Sequence record: NC_130088.1
Strand: one strand, 5' to 3'
DNA from: a phage
Length of the DNA: 49,713 nt
Every line of letters begins with the position of its first letter. Positions within the stretch are counted from its first letter, which is position 1. Under the pieces are notes generated by a model, which saw only the letters and a program-made list of their open reading frames with translations, did not search any database and was not told the DNA's origin. The translations under genes and the position numbers were made by a program. Below, one piece after another: positions 29,840-38,919 of the stretch.

Positions 29840-30118
29840 ATGAAAAAGATGTTATCAGTAGTTGCTTTATCACTTGCCATTGTCGGTTGCATGGATAAAC
29901 CAAAAACATATATTTGCGGAAATGAAGCGTTTGAGGTTACAAGCGAATATATGAAAGTTGTGCAAGGTAAAAGCACAGGCGTTGTAATGGATAATATCAG
30001 CAAAAATCAATATAAGCTGTTTACGCCAATTGGAACGGCTTTTTACACTGTTAACGATAGCACCATTGATATTAAAGTTGGCGTTTATCAGAACACTCTA
30101 ACTTGCGAGGTAAAATAA
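29840..30118 (+). CDS. Small lipoprotein, candidate superinfection-exclusion protein (Cor/Llp-like)
   Basis: 92 aa; signal peptide with lipobox AIVGC; GGAG SD. Confidence 0.5.
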   Translation: MKKMLSVVALSLAIVGCMDKPKTYICGNEAFEVTSEYMKVVQGKSTGVVMDNISKNQYKLFTPIGTAFYTVNDSTIDIKVGVYQNTLTCEVK

Positions 30119-30119
30119 A

Positions 30120-30860
30120 ATGGCTAAGGATTTTCAGGACAAAGCAACCATTGATACTTTTGAGCCGGAAATGGATTTTCATGAACTGCAACACGGCAGA
30201 TATTCAGATATTGCTTTACGTTCAGGCGGTCATTATCAGCCAGTTAGAGAAAACCCATTATTTAAGGTTAGCGGCAACCGTTATGCAGGAAGTAAAACGC
30301 CGGACGTAGTGCGCGACTTGTGGGAAACTCCAGATGAAATTGTTGAATACCTTGCTGAACGTTACGGCAAATATGATCTTGACGCAGCAGCAACGGAAGA
30401 TAATAAAAAATGCGATAAATTTTACAGCAAAGAAACAAACTGCTTAAAGCGTTGGTGGGGTAGCAATAAGCACGTTTGGTTAAATCCACCATACAGCAAT
30501 CCAGATCCATTTATCAAAAAAGCAATTGAGCAGATGGAACACGGAAACCAGATTGATATTTTACTTCCGGCTGATAATTCAACTGCATGGTTTAGTGACG
30601 CACAAAAACACGCGGCAGAAATTATCTGGATTACTGGTGAAACCTGGAAGGATGAAGAAGGTCGCGAATATTCCAGAACTGGTCGAGTAGCGTTTATTTC
30701 TGGCATGACAGGTGAGCCAGTTAGCGGAAACAATAAAGGTAGTGTAATTTTTATCATGCGCCAATTGGAAGAAGGTGAGCAACAGCAAACGCACTATGTG
30801 AAGATTAGCGACATTTGCCCTTCCGTAAAAAATAAACGAGCCAAAGCGCGGAGTATTTAA
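30120..30860 (+). CDS. dam: N6-adenine DNA methyltransferase (phage Dam-type)
   Basis: NPPY motif (LNPPYSN) and overall pattern of phage N6-adenine methyltransferases. Confidence 0.8.
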   Translation: MAKDFQDKATIDTFEPEMDFHELQHGRYSDIALRSGGHYQPVRENPLFKVSGNRYAGSKTPDVVRDLWETPDEIVEYLAERYGKYDLDAAATEDNKKCDKFYSKETNCLKRWWGSNKHVWLNPPYSNPDPFIKKAIEQMEHGNQIDILLPADNSTAWFSDAQKHAAEIIWITGETWKDEEGREYSRTGRVAFISGMTGEPVSGNNKGSVIFIMRQLEEGEQQQTHYVKISDICPSVKNKRAKARSI

Positions 30861-30861
30861 A

Positions 30862-31092
30862 ATGAGCATTCGATTAGCCGATCACATGAAATGGGATTTA
30901 TTTGTCGGTATGACAATTCGCTTACTTGATAAGCATGGTTATAACGATGATAAAATGGAGTTGATAAACTGCCTGGATATGACATTTGACGAAATCAAAG
31001 TTGCGCCTTTGTACATGTGGGAAAGAAAAATTGAGCACGACCTGATACAATACAAACGCAGAGAGGGCGCACGATTTTTCAATGTGAAATAG
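30862..31092 (+). CDS. Hypothetical protein
   Basis: 76 aa, overlapping start/stop with dam. Confidence 0.4.
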   Translation: MSIRLADHMKWDLFVGMTIRLLDKHGYNDDKMELINCLDMTFDEIKVAPLYMWERKIEHDLIQYKRREGARFFNVK

Positions 31093-31142
31093 CACTTTTT
31101 GTTAAAACCCGCTACGGCGGGTTTTGTATTATGTGCTTAACG
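31090..31142 (+). promoter_or_regulatory. Conserved 19-bp box plus hairpin plus TATTAT (class-2 unit)
   Basis: Box begins at the TAG stop; CCCGC..GCGGG hairpin in spacer. Confidence 0.5.
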
Positions 31143-31162
31143 GAAAACAAGAGGATTTAAAA

Positions 31163-31327
31163 AATGAAAATCGTAAACGTCGAATACTTCAAAGATGCGC
31201 AATGGCTGGCTAAAGAATCATTGTTTATGCTTGATCGCAAAAATCCAAAGGTTATTGCACAAATACTTTGGAATGACGCAATGGAGTTACTTAAAAAGGC
31301 TTACGGTTATGAAAGTGAAGAAAGGTA
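31163..31327 (+). CDS. Small hypothetical protein (54 aa, below ORF-track cutoff)
   Basis: ATG with AAGAGGA SD; continuous with neighbouring operon. Confidence 0.35.
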
Positions 31328-31551
31328 AAAAGGAAACTTGGGAGCTTGCTAAAAAAGGCGGTCTTGATGAAGGGATCGCCAAAATAGCAAAGTATTTCGA
31401 TATTAAAGACGTGTGCGTTATTGTTGGTGACGAAATGGCGTATGTTGAAGAAAAGCCGCGACGTGTTCACCGTGTTCCAGCAATACCAACAACAATCGAC
31501 TATAAAGAAGTTATTAACAAAACCAAAGAGCAGAAGAAATATTACAAATGA
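31309..31551 (+). CDS. Hypothetical protein
   Basis: 80 aa from internal ATG (MKVKK...). Confidence 0.35.
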   Translation: MKVKKGKKETWELAKKGGLDEGIAKIAKYFDIKDVCVIVGDEMAYVEEKPRRVHRVPAIPTTIDYKEVINKTKEQKKYYK

Positions 31552-31634
31552 GATACATTTCTGTTATTTTGTTGCCGCCTGTTATCGCTTGGGTTATTAT
31601 GTACGCCGTTGTTATGAATTAAGAGGATGTTAAA

Positions 31635-32750
31635 ATGAGTTTAAAAAAGATTACCGACGAGCAATTGATCGCTGAACGTGAGGCGGGTTTAAAACTGCGT
31701 GAGATTGCGGAAAAATACGGAATGAGCTTGCGCCAGGTTGAGCACCGCCACAGCAAATTAGCAAAGCGTGGCGAGATCTCAACTATCGGATCACCTGGCT
31801 TTGCGGTAATTGGCGAGTCAAAGTTAGTTGATAAAAACGGCAATACTAAACTAACCTGGATTAAGACGCACAAAGATAAAGACCAGTTAGAGGCAATAAT
31901 GCAAGCGGCTATGGCTGCATTTTCTGGCGAGTTGCCACGCCTGGAACCACAGCCGGAAAAGATTGCTGACTATTCGAAAACCCTTGCGCTATATCCGATC
32001 TTTGATATTCATATTGGTGCAATGGCTCATAAGCATGAAAGCGGCGAGAATTACGACACGGCAACGGCAGAAAAGATCATGAATGAATTCTTTGATTATG
32101 CCGTCGATAAAGCACCGAATAGCGAAAAGGCTGTATTGCTGATTGGTGGTGATATGATTCACAGCGACGGCCTGGAGGCTGTAACACCTGCAAGCGGTCA
32201 CGTTTTGGATCAGGATTCGCGATATGCGAAACTTGTTTATGTTGCCATTCGAGCCACGCGCAGAGCAGTAAGCCGAATGCTGGAAAAACATAAAGAGGTT
32301 GAATTGCAGATCATTGAAGGTAATCACGACCAATCAGGAATGATCTGGCTACGTGCTGCAATGGCGGCGGCGTATGAGAATGAGCCACGCGTAAAGGTTG
32401 ATGTTTCTCCGCGTGTCGTGCATCACACTCAATATGGTAAAACTTTCCTGGCTTATCATCATGGTCACACTGTACGCAAGCCAGAAACGCTTTTAATGAT
32501 GTGTGCAGCGGATTGGCGGGAAGATTTCGGAAACTCCAATTCAATGTATGCGCATGTAGGGCATTGGCATCACCAGACTGTTACAGAAACGAGCCTTGGC
32601 ATTGTTGAGGTGCATAGCACTATGGCAGCAAAAGACGCTTACGCCGCGCGTGGTGGCTGGCGTTCACGTCGCAGGGCGGCGGTAATTATTTATGATAAGG
32701 AATATGGCGAAATAGGGCGCTTTATGTTTTACCCTGAAATGATTGCTTAA
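31635..32750 (+). CDS. Metallophosphoesterase (calcineurin-like) with N-terminal HTH-like segment
   Basis: Motifs D-x-H, GGDMIH, GNHD, GHWHH; N-terminal LKLREIAEKYGMSLRQV. Confidence 0.6.
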   Translation: MSLKKITDEQLIAEREAGLKLREIAEKYGMSLRQVEHRHSKLAKRGEISTIGSPGFAVIGESKLVDKNGNTKLTWIKTHKDKDQLEAIMQAAMAAFSGELPRLEPQPEKIADYSKTLALYPIFDIHIGAMAHKHESGENYDTATAEKIMNEFFDYAVDKAPNSEKAVLLIGGDMIHSDGLEAVTPASGHVLDQDSRYAKLVYVAIRATRRAVSRMLEKHKEVELQIIEGNHDQSGMIWLRAAMAAAYENEPRVKVDVSPRVVHHTQYGKTFLAYHHGHTVRKPETLLMMCAADWREDFGNSNSMYAHVGHWHHQTVTETSLGIVEVHSTMAAKDAYAARGGWRSRRRAAVIIYDKEYGEIGRFMFYPEMIA

Positions 32751-32761
32751 TTAAATTATCA

Positions 32762-32792
32762 AGAAAAAGGCTGGCTAAGTGCTGGCCTTTTT
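32762..32792 (+). terminator. Terminator-like hairpin plus T7
   Basis: Imperfect dyad and T-run. Confidence 0.45.
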
Positions 32793-32861
32793 TTGTTTTT
32801 GTGGTTAACATATTCACACTAATTTTGGCATTGACATTTTAATTTAATTGAGGATCAGATT

Positions 32862-33086
32862 ATGAGAGACTTTCTTTTAATGGCGCAAAACTCTTTCGGA
32901 GGTGCAACGGTAGTTGGAACTTTTACTGGTGAGTTTTTGCTTGCACTTGCTACGTTTATTTTGTTCGCTATTTTCGGCTGTTGGGGCGCATGGCTGAAAT
33001 GGCGTGATAGTAAAGCGATCCGAGAGGCTTTAGATTCAGGGGATTTAAAAACGGCGCTTAATCTACGGCAGAAAGAGAGGGTGTAA
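32862..33086 (+). CDS. Putative holin
   Basis: 74 aa, hydrophobic TM segment(s), charged C-terminus, immediately upstream of and overlapping endolysin. Confidence 0.55.
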   Translation: MRDFLLMAQNSFGGATVVGTFTGEFLLALATFILFAIFGCWGAWLKWRDSKAIREALDSGDLKTALNLRQKERV

Positions 33087-33580
33087 TGACAATCAAGAAA
33101 GGTATAGCCGCCACCGTCACAGGGGCGGCTTTAATGTTGGCATCGCCTTTGATTGAAGAAATTGAAGGCGTAAAGTATAAGCCTTACAAGGATATTGCGG
33201 GGATCTGGACTGTATGCCACGGCATTACAGGAAAGGATGTGATTCTTGGAAAGGAATATACCAGGCGAGAATGTGACGCGCTATTAGCAAAACACATGAA
33301 AGTAGCGGCTGACGCTGTTGATAAGGCTGTTAATGTTGAAATTCCTTTATCAATGCGAGCGGCTCTATACTCATTCACTTTTAATGCTGGTACTGGCGCG
33401 TTTCGTAAGTCAACCATGCTGAAAAAGATCAACAATGGTGATCTATGGGGCGGTTGTGGTGAGCTATGGAACTGGACATACTACCGGAACCCTAAAACTG
33501 GCAAGAAGGAAAAATCAAGAGGATTGAAGAATCGCCGCGCCGTCGAATATAAATATTGTGTAAGGGATCTGAATAAATGA
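33086..33580 (+). CDS. Endolysin (lysozyme-like) with N-terminal signal-anchor-release-type hydrophobic segment
   Basis: Lysozyme-like block [22 protein letters not shown]; N-terminal hydrophobic stretch. Confidence 0.8.
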   Translation: MTIKKGIAATVTGAALMLASPLIEEIEGVKYKPYKDIAGIWTVCHGITGKDVILGKEYTRRECDALLAKHMKVAADAVDKAVNVEIPLSMRAALYSFTFNAGTGAFRKSTMLKKINNGDLWGGCGELWNWTYYRNPKTGKKEKSRGLKNRRAVEYKYCVRDLNK

Positions 33581-33966
33581 AAAGAAAATTACTGGCTATT
33601 ATGATGTGCATTGCTCTTTCTGGTTGTTCAGCTTCAAGCGTGTTACCTGGTCTGATTGGTAGCAAGCCTGATATAACGGCACAGGCTGGAGCGGAGAATG
33701 TGAAACAGACTGTTGGTGTAACCGCAAAGCAGGATACATCAAGCAAGCAGGAAACCACATTCAAAGAATCGGCAGTTGGTCAAGTTGACACATCCAATAA
33801 AAAGCAGGTTAGCACTTCAAGCATTAAGGCAGATAACATCACAGCGGAAAGAATAGAGATCAGAAATAATGATGGTCTTAATGTTCCGGCAATCGCAATG
33901 GGTATATTGATGTTTATTGCTGGTATGCTGGCAGGTTGGACACTAAAACGTAATAAGGCGGCATAA
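33577..33966 (+). CDS. Unimolecular spanin (N-terminal lipoprotein signal plus C-terminal TM helix)
   Basis: Lipobox LSGC at N-terminus and C-terminal TM segment; overlaps endolysin stop. Confidence 0.7.
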   Translation: MKRKLLAIMMCIALSGCSASSVLPGLIGSKPDITAQAGAENVKQTVGVTAKQDTSSKQETTFKESAVGQVDTSNKKQVSTSSIKADNITAERIEIRNNDGLNVPAIAMGILMFIAGMLAGWTLKRNKAA

Positions 33967-33981
33967 GCCGCCTTTTCTTTT
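33955..33981. terminator. Bidirectional terminator (AAGGCGGC..GCCGCCTT)
   Basis: Between convergent lysis cassette and leftward operon. Confidence 0.6.
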
Positions 33982-34204
33982 AAAAAATATTGTTCATTAA
34001 GTCTTGGAAACTATTACCGCTATAATCCTTTTCCTCAATAATGTGAGCACCTTTCTTTTTTATATCCCACAGCATTTTTTCATATTCGCAGCGGTTAATG
34101 CCAAACGCACTACCATCATCAACATATGCGGTTCCTTTGTTGTTGAAAACGTCAAATGTAACATTAACAACGCGAGTGGTTTTGATGGAATATTTTAATG
34201 ACAT
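33980..34204 (-). CDS. Hypothetical protein
   Basis: 74 aa, preceded by class-2 box and SD. Confidence 0.45.
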   Translation of the reverse strand: MSLKYSIKTTRVVNVTFDVFNNKGTAYVDDGSAFGINRCEYEKMLWDIKKKGAHIIEEKDYSGNSFQDLMNNIF

Positions 34205-34237
34205 TTTGAATTTCCTTTTGTTCGTTTCGATGAAACA

Positions 34238-34280
34238 ACTATACCCGATACAAGATCGGGTGTTTTAACAAAAAGTGCTA
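34238..34280 (-). promoter_or_regulatory. Conserved 19-bp box plus TATAGT (class-2 unit, minus strand)
   Basis: Box/gap/-10 read on minus strand; CATCGAAAC leader follows. Confidence 0.5.
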
Positions 34281-34475
34281 TTCGAATTTTCTTACGTGAA
34301 TAAGCAATTCACCATCTTGATTTGTCAGTTGATGCTCTTGATCTTCAAACGCTCTCATATCACTGTAAAGCAACAGCATTAGCGCATAGACAAAATCATC
34401 ATGCTGAATTTGCATTGCTGAACTTTCTTTCAAAATAAGATCTATCAAATGCTGGCTTGCTGAATAATTCTTCAT
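34278..34475 (-). CDS. Hypothetical protein (start uncertain)
   Basis: ORF overlapping the upstream gene end; may start at an internal ATG. Confidence 0.3.
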   Translation of the reverse strand: MKNYSASQHLIDLILKESSAMQIQHDDFVYALMLLLYSDMRAFEDQEHQLTNQDGELLIHVRKFE

Positions 34476-34791
34476 CGCTCATTTTCTCAATGTTCATCAT
34501 TTCTGAAATGTACACATTTTTATCACCTTCCAGGCTATGCAACTCAAAATTGAAAGGGCGTTTAATTTTGTTCTTACACCAGTATTCAAGATTAATGCCG
34601 TCCAAATATCCAAAACCCATAAGGCGAGAAATAAACTCTTTACTCACACTTGATGCGAAATAGCGGGGCGTTACCCCCGCATTTTTGGCGAGCCTTTCAC
34701 ATTCACGGTGACGGAATATAAATCTTGCAAACTCTTGGCGATTGAATTTCTCTCTAGACTCGCAAAAGCGATACAGATCTAATAAGAACAT
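34399..34791 (-). CDS. Hypothetical protein
   Basis: 130 aa. Confidence 0.4.
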   Translation of the reverse strand: MFLLDLYRFCESREKFNRQEFARFIFRHRECERLAKNAGVTPRYFASSVSKEFISRLMGFGYLDGINLEYWCKNKIKRPFNFELHSLEGDKNVYISEMMNIEKMSDEELFSKPAFDRSYFERKFSNANSA

Positions 34792-34793
34792 GA

Positions 34794-36374
34794 TTACCCC
34801 ATTAACGCCGGATTGACATAAACAAATTTACCCACGCTGCAAACATAATTCTTTTCTTCAAGCATTGGCAATAATTGTTCCTCAATTCGTTTCATCACGC
34901 CTGATTGACCTGTAAACGGCTTAACCTTACGCGCACTTTCATAGATAGCTCTTGCATTGGTAACGCCTTTATTTTGACGTGAGATCTTAATGATGATTTC
35001 AATTAACTTGCTCATTTCGGCATCATCGCCAGCGTGACCGGAAGCATTCGCGGCGTTGATATATGTTTTGCTTAATTCGCTGAACATCACCAAAGCCTCT
35101 TGCATTGTCTCAACTTCAATTTCTCGCGACTTTTGCGGCGTACCGTTTGGATTAAACCAATTGCGGATCGTGTGCAATACTGACGCAATGCGGATCACTT
35201 GCTTATCCATTTTACCCAAAGCACCACGCAACATTGTATGTGAATATTTCCCGCCGTCTGCTAAATCTGGCTCTAATTGCTGGCGAGCAATATTAAGAAC
35301 ACGCATTGCAGAACGTGACGGCTTCAATACCACATTTTGTTCAGTCATGATGTTATGAATCAACTGGAAATATTGCGCCTTTAATTCTTTATCAACTGGC
35401 GTGTAATCAAGATCACCATTTTCATCAATAAATACACGCTCTCCTAACATTGTTTTTTCACGTACAAGCAAGAAACGTTCACTAACACCAATACCACGCG
35501 CCCCTGCATCCATTATCCCTTTTATCGTTTCATCCTGGGCAATTACGCTCATGCAGCCCAACGCAACAAAACTCATATTATTTTCAGAGTTGGCGCGAGC
35601 TATTGAAACGTGTCCGGCGTCCCATGCTTTTAGAACCAATTCGCTGTTAGTCTTGCGATCACTGTTAGCGTAAGTCAATCCGAGTAAGCTGTTGATGCTT
35701 GTTGCTTCATCTGAAATGACAGCAAAGTTACCCTGGCGATTGTTGATCTTTGCTAAACCTTCCGGCGTGGTGTCTGATACCGGAAAAACGATATCGCACA
35801 TTTTTTCTAACTTTTCCTCTAATTCCTCCTTTTCCTCAAACAACGCCGCTAACTCAGTGCCGGAACGCTCAGCTTTCAATTCCTTTTCAACGCCTTTTAA
35901 TTTCGCTGCGATCTTCTTTCGCTCTTTCTTGCGTTGTTCGTTGATTCGCTCAACTTCACAGACCATTGGCGCAATAGCCAGGCTGTTGATTGCTGATTTA
36001 CCAGTTGATGGCGGCTGACTGGTTACAACATAAAGAGCCGTTGGTTGTTCAGTGTCGTGGTACTCAACTTGGAAGCGTCCAACCATAGCGGCGGAAACGC
36101 AACCTATGAAATGCATATAGGCCGATGATTCAGGAAATTGAACAGATTGCGCAATGCTACGTGACAGTTTACCCACAACATCAACATCATTACCCAAAGA
36201 GATCACAGGATAACGGTCATTAGCGCCGTTGATATCCTTCACAGGTTCCCAAAAGCTGGACGATTGGCGGTAGCCGTTCGACTGAATAGCAACGCGAAGC
36301 GGCGATGTTCCCTGCGATTCTGCAATGGCTATAACTTGTTGAGGTGTCAATTTGTTGGTGTCAAAGTCAAACAT
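34794..36374 (-). CDS. Large hypothetical protein (526 aa) with P-loop-like PPSTGKS segment
   Basis: AAGGAG SD; first gene after class-2 unit at 36402-36444; function not recognised. Confidence 0.5.
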   Translation of the reverse strand: MFDFDTNKLTPQQVIAIAESQGTSPLRVAIQSNGYRQSSSFWEPVKDINGANDRYPVISLGNDVDVVGKLSRSIAQSVQFPESSAYMHFIGCVSAAMVGRFQVEYHDTEQPTALYVVTSQPPSTGKSAINSLAIAPMVCEVERINEQRKKERKKIAAKLKGVEKELKAERSGTELAALFEEKEELEEKLEKMCDIVFPVSDTTPEGLAKINNRQGNFAVISDEATSINSLLGLTYANSDRKTNSELVLKAWDAGHVSIARANSENNMSFVALGCMSVIAQDETIKGIMDAGARGIGVSERFLLVREKTMLGERVFIDENGDLDYTPVDKELKAQYFQLIHNIMTEQNVVLKPSRSAMRVLNIARQQLEPDLADGGKYSHTMLRGALGKMDKQVIRIASVLHTIRNWFNPNGTPQKSREIEVETMQEALVMFSELSKTYINAANASGHAGDDAEMSKLIEIIIKISRQNKGVTNARAIYESARKVKPFTGQSGVMKRIEEQLLPMLEEKNYVCSVGKFVYVNPALMG

Positions 36375-36401
36375 CTAAAAATCTCCTTCTTGTTGCCGCT
36401 A

Positions 36402-36444
36402 ATTATAACGGCAACATTCTACAGCCTTTTAGCAATTCGTGCTA
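36402..36444 (-). promoter_or_regulatory. Conserved 19-bp box plus TATAAT (class-2 unit, minus strand)
   Basis: Box contains the TAG stop of the upstream gene. Confidence 0.5.
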
Positions 36445-36690
36445 TTTGATCGGCTCAACCCTGGCTAATAACTTTCCGTCTATAATGCTATGACATTCAA
36501 GAGTTTTAGGATCGAATGCAAGCGAACGATGGAACGTATGACCAATCAGCAAATATGAATGCTTATCCCTGATGCGATAGACCGTTTCACCTTCCTTTAA
36601 TGACGATATCGCACTAAAAACAACCTTGTAACGATATTTTTGCATAGCCTCAGAACGGTGAGGAATGTAATCTTTTTCCGGTAAACTCAT
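36442..36690 (-). CDS. Hypothetical protein
   Basis: 82 aa. Confidence 0.4.
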   Translation of the reverse strand: MSLPEKDYIPHRSEAMQKYRYKVVFSAISSLKEGETVYRIRDKHSYLLIGHTFHRSLAFDPKTLECHSIIDGKLLARVEPIK

Positions 36691-37049
36691 GAGTATTTGG
36701 CCTCAAACAGATAAGCACCGCCAGCGGCTGAAAATCCAACTTCTTCCCGATACAGAGTGAAACGGTCGCCGTTTTCGTCGAAAACATATCCAGCAACAGC
36801 ACCTAACACGCGGCCTTGTTCGATCTGGTAACGCTTATCGGCTTTGAAAGTTTTCTTGATCTGCATGGAGTGGTTTACCCGTGTGCATTTAATGGTTTTG
36901 GTCTTAACATTTCGGAATGTTAATCCTGTTAAGTTGGCGTGAATCCATTTCCCATCTAACTTAACGAAAGTATCATCATTTTCGTCTACCCGCGCTTTGT
37001 ATAGGCGGTTATCAGATCCGATAAGTTTGATTGATTTGAATTTAGCCAT
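36687..37049 (-). CDS. Hypothetical protein
   Basis: 120 aa. Confidence 0.4.
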   Translation of the reverse strand: MAKFKSIKLIGSDNRLYKARVDENDDTFVKLDGKWIHANLTGLTFRNVKTKTIKCTRVNHSMQIKKTFKADKRYQIEQGRVLGAVAGYVFDENGDRFTLYREEVGFSAAGGAYLFEAKYS

Positions 37050-37081
37050 TTGATTTATCTCCTTTTGTTTTCGTTGAAATC

Positions 37082-37124
37082 ATTATGCCGGATACGTGAT
37101 CCGGCGTTTTAACAAAAAGTGCTA
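37082..37124 (-). promoter_or_regulatory. Conserved 19-bp box plus hairpin plus CATAAT (class-2 unit, minus strand)
   Basis: GCCGGAT..ATCCGGC hairpin in spacer. Confidence 0.5.
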
Positions 37125-37817
37125 TTTCTGATTTGCCAGGCATACAGCAAGCGCAAAGCCGCGCGGAGTGAGTGAGCGGATCAGCTTTGTTCGCTTAGAC
37201 TTGCCGCCGAGCTTTTGCCAGCCTGGATTGTTGTTCCCTGTTGGCAATACTGCGTTTGTATCCGGCATTACAAAGCCGTTACCCGTCCAAAGACAAGTTT
37301 TTTTGGTGTACGCATCGCGAGCGGGAATGATTTCAGGAAAGTGAGGATGTTTATCATCTTCCGGCAACAGACCTCCAAACGCGCAAGGATGAAAGATAAA
37401 ATCAGGTTGCCGCCACATTGACGACAGAACACTAACAGGATTCTCAATCATATATGGAACGTTAAACCGATCCGCAATATTGGCAGCAATCTTTGCCGTT
37501 TCAACCGCCTTTTTCTGGAAGTCTGGATCACGTTCACGCTTTGCTGCAAAGTGACGCGATCCGCTAACAGCTAAATCAGTGCATGGAGGGAATGCAATAA
37601 TAAAATCTGGAGTGCCAAAGACGCGCATCATTGCGTTATGCTGGAATGATAATCCGATCCACTCATTCAAATAAACGATGTTGGGATGAGTCACGCGCAC
37701 TGATTGGTAATCACCATGATCAGCACCGTCGAAATTAAAGCACAGCACTTTGTGACCACGTTCAGCCCACGGCAACGCAGCATAACCAGAACCATCAAAT
37801 AGTGAGAAAATAAGCAT
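37122..37817 (-). CDS. Putative DNA cytosine-5 methyltransferase-like protein
   Basis: FDGSG (motif I-like), FPPC (PC catalytic motif-like), ENP (ENV-like); start set at internal ATG with AAAGGA SD; unusually short for this family. Confidence 0.4.
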   Translation of the reverse strand: MLIFSLFDGSGYAALPWAERGHKVLCFNFDGADHGDYQSVRVTHPNIVYLNEWIGLSFQHNAMMRVFGTPDFIIAFPPCTDLAVSGSRHFAAKRERDPDFQKKAVETAKIAANIADRFNVPYMIENPVSVLSSMWRQPDFIFHPCAFGGLLPEDDKHPHFPEIIPARDAYTKKTCLWTGNGFVMPDTNAVLPTGNNNPGWQKLGGKSKRTKLIRSLTPRGFALAVCLANQK

Positions 37818-38015
37818 GTTTAAATCCTTTCTGTATGACCTTGTAAGGCGTTTTGTTTGTAGGTGTGACAATCGTATTAGTTACGGCCTGAAATCGCGAC
37901 ATAATGCGAAACAGGCCGCTATTTTTTACTTACAGAATGGGCATGTTGTTTTATCACCGCTTCCGCCGTGTTTTGGACAGCAAATTTTTTCGATAGGTGT
38001 CATTTTAAATACTCC

Positions 38016-38258
38016 TTAGAATGGGAAACAGCGCTTGCAAGATGGATCGAAGTTACAACCGCAATCATTGATTATTGCGTTAGGATCAGCAAGCATCACG
38101 CTACTTTCTTGATCCATATCCATAGCGCCTAATGCGTCATCAAGCGTTATTTCAAGATAGGCAACTTTAAGCGCCCATTCCTTGTTGAGTCCAGCCGCCT
38201 CCGCTTCATGTAGGCGAGCAAAGAAAGCATCTTGAACCATATCAACCCCACTTCTCAA
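38016..38258 (-). CDS. Hypothetical protein
   Basis: 80 aa. Confidence 0.35.
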   Translation of the reverse strand: MRSGVDMVQDAFFARLHEAEAAGLNKEWALKVAYLEITLDDALGAMDMDQESSVMLADPNAIINDCGCNFDPSCKRCFPF

Positions 38259-38463
38259 TAAACATGCTCATTTCGTCAATCATCGCGTAAGCATCGCTTT
38301 CAGTCATGCGACGGATTCTTCCGCCTGGGTGTTCGCCAACAGCGTAACCAGTTTTTACGCGGGTAATCGTTAACTGATGGAATCCAGAATCGCGATCCAT
38401 TTTCAAAACTACTTTCCCGTGAGCTTTGACAATGTTCATGATGGATTCAGTTTTCAGTTTCAT
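38242..38463 (-). CDS. Hypothetical protein
   Basis: 73 aa. Confidence 0.4.
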   Translation of the reverse strand: MKLKTESIMNIVKAHGKVVLKMDRDSGFHQLTITRVKTGYAVGEHPGGRIRRMTESDAYAMIDEMSMFIEKWG

Positions 38464-38494
38464 TTTTGATTCTCCATTTTGTTTATGTGAAAGT

Positions 38495-38537
38495 ATGATA
38501 CCAATCAGAGCGTTATCGTTTTTAGCAATTCGTGCTA
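38495..38537 (-). promoter_or_regulatory. Conserved box (GAATTGC variant) plus TATCAT (class-2 unit, minus strand)
   Basis: Box overlaps the last codons (NSTNC*) of the upstream small ORF. Confidence 0.5.
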
Positions 38538-38689
38538 TTTACGGCGATAAACGGATATCCTGTTAAATCTGCATTTCTATAACGTGCAGACCTAACCCAA
38601 CAGCCGCCTTTGCTCATAATTAAAGCGTTTTTATGGCGAATGTTCACGCGGTAAATTCTTCCGGTTTTTATGTTTTTGAAGTAGGTCAT
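38522..38689 (-). CDS. Small hypothetical protein (55 aa, below ORF-track cutoff) ending NSTNC
   Basis: TGATG-type coupling to the upstream gene; hand-translated; C-terminus encoded by the conserved box. Confidence 0.35.
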   Translation of the reverse strand: MTYFKNIKTGRIYRVNIRHKNALIMSKGGCWVRSARYRNADLTGYPFIAVNSTNC

Positions 38690-38919
38690 AATTTAACCTC
38701 ATGATACTCTATAAACTCTTGCACATATGCGCATTCGCGCGGCGACTCCTGGCCTTTTATCACCTCACAGCCACCATTAAACAGATAGCAGTGCTGGCAA
38801 AGGTTGCCACCTGCGTTTTCCTCAGCGATCTGAATTCCGGTACACAAACCGCCACCAAACCTATGAGGAAAATCGTAAGCCTGGCAGCGGCACGTTGCTT
38901 GATTCCGCTTACGTTTCAT
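38686..38919 (-). CDS. Small cysteine-rich (zinc-binding-like) protein
   Basis: 77 aa with about 8 Cys in CxC / CxxC arrangement. Confidence 0.4.
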   Translation of the reverse strand: MKRKRNQATCRCQAYDFPHRFGGGLCTGIQIAEENAGGNLCQHCYLFNGGCEVIKGQESPRECAYVQEFIEYHEVKL

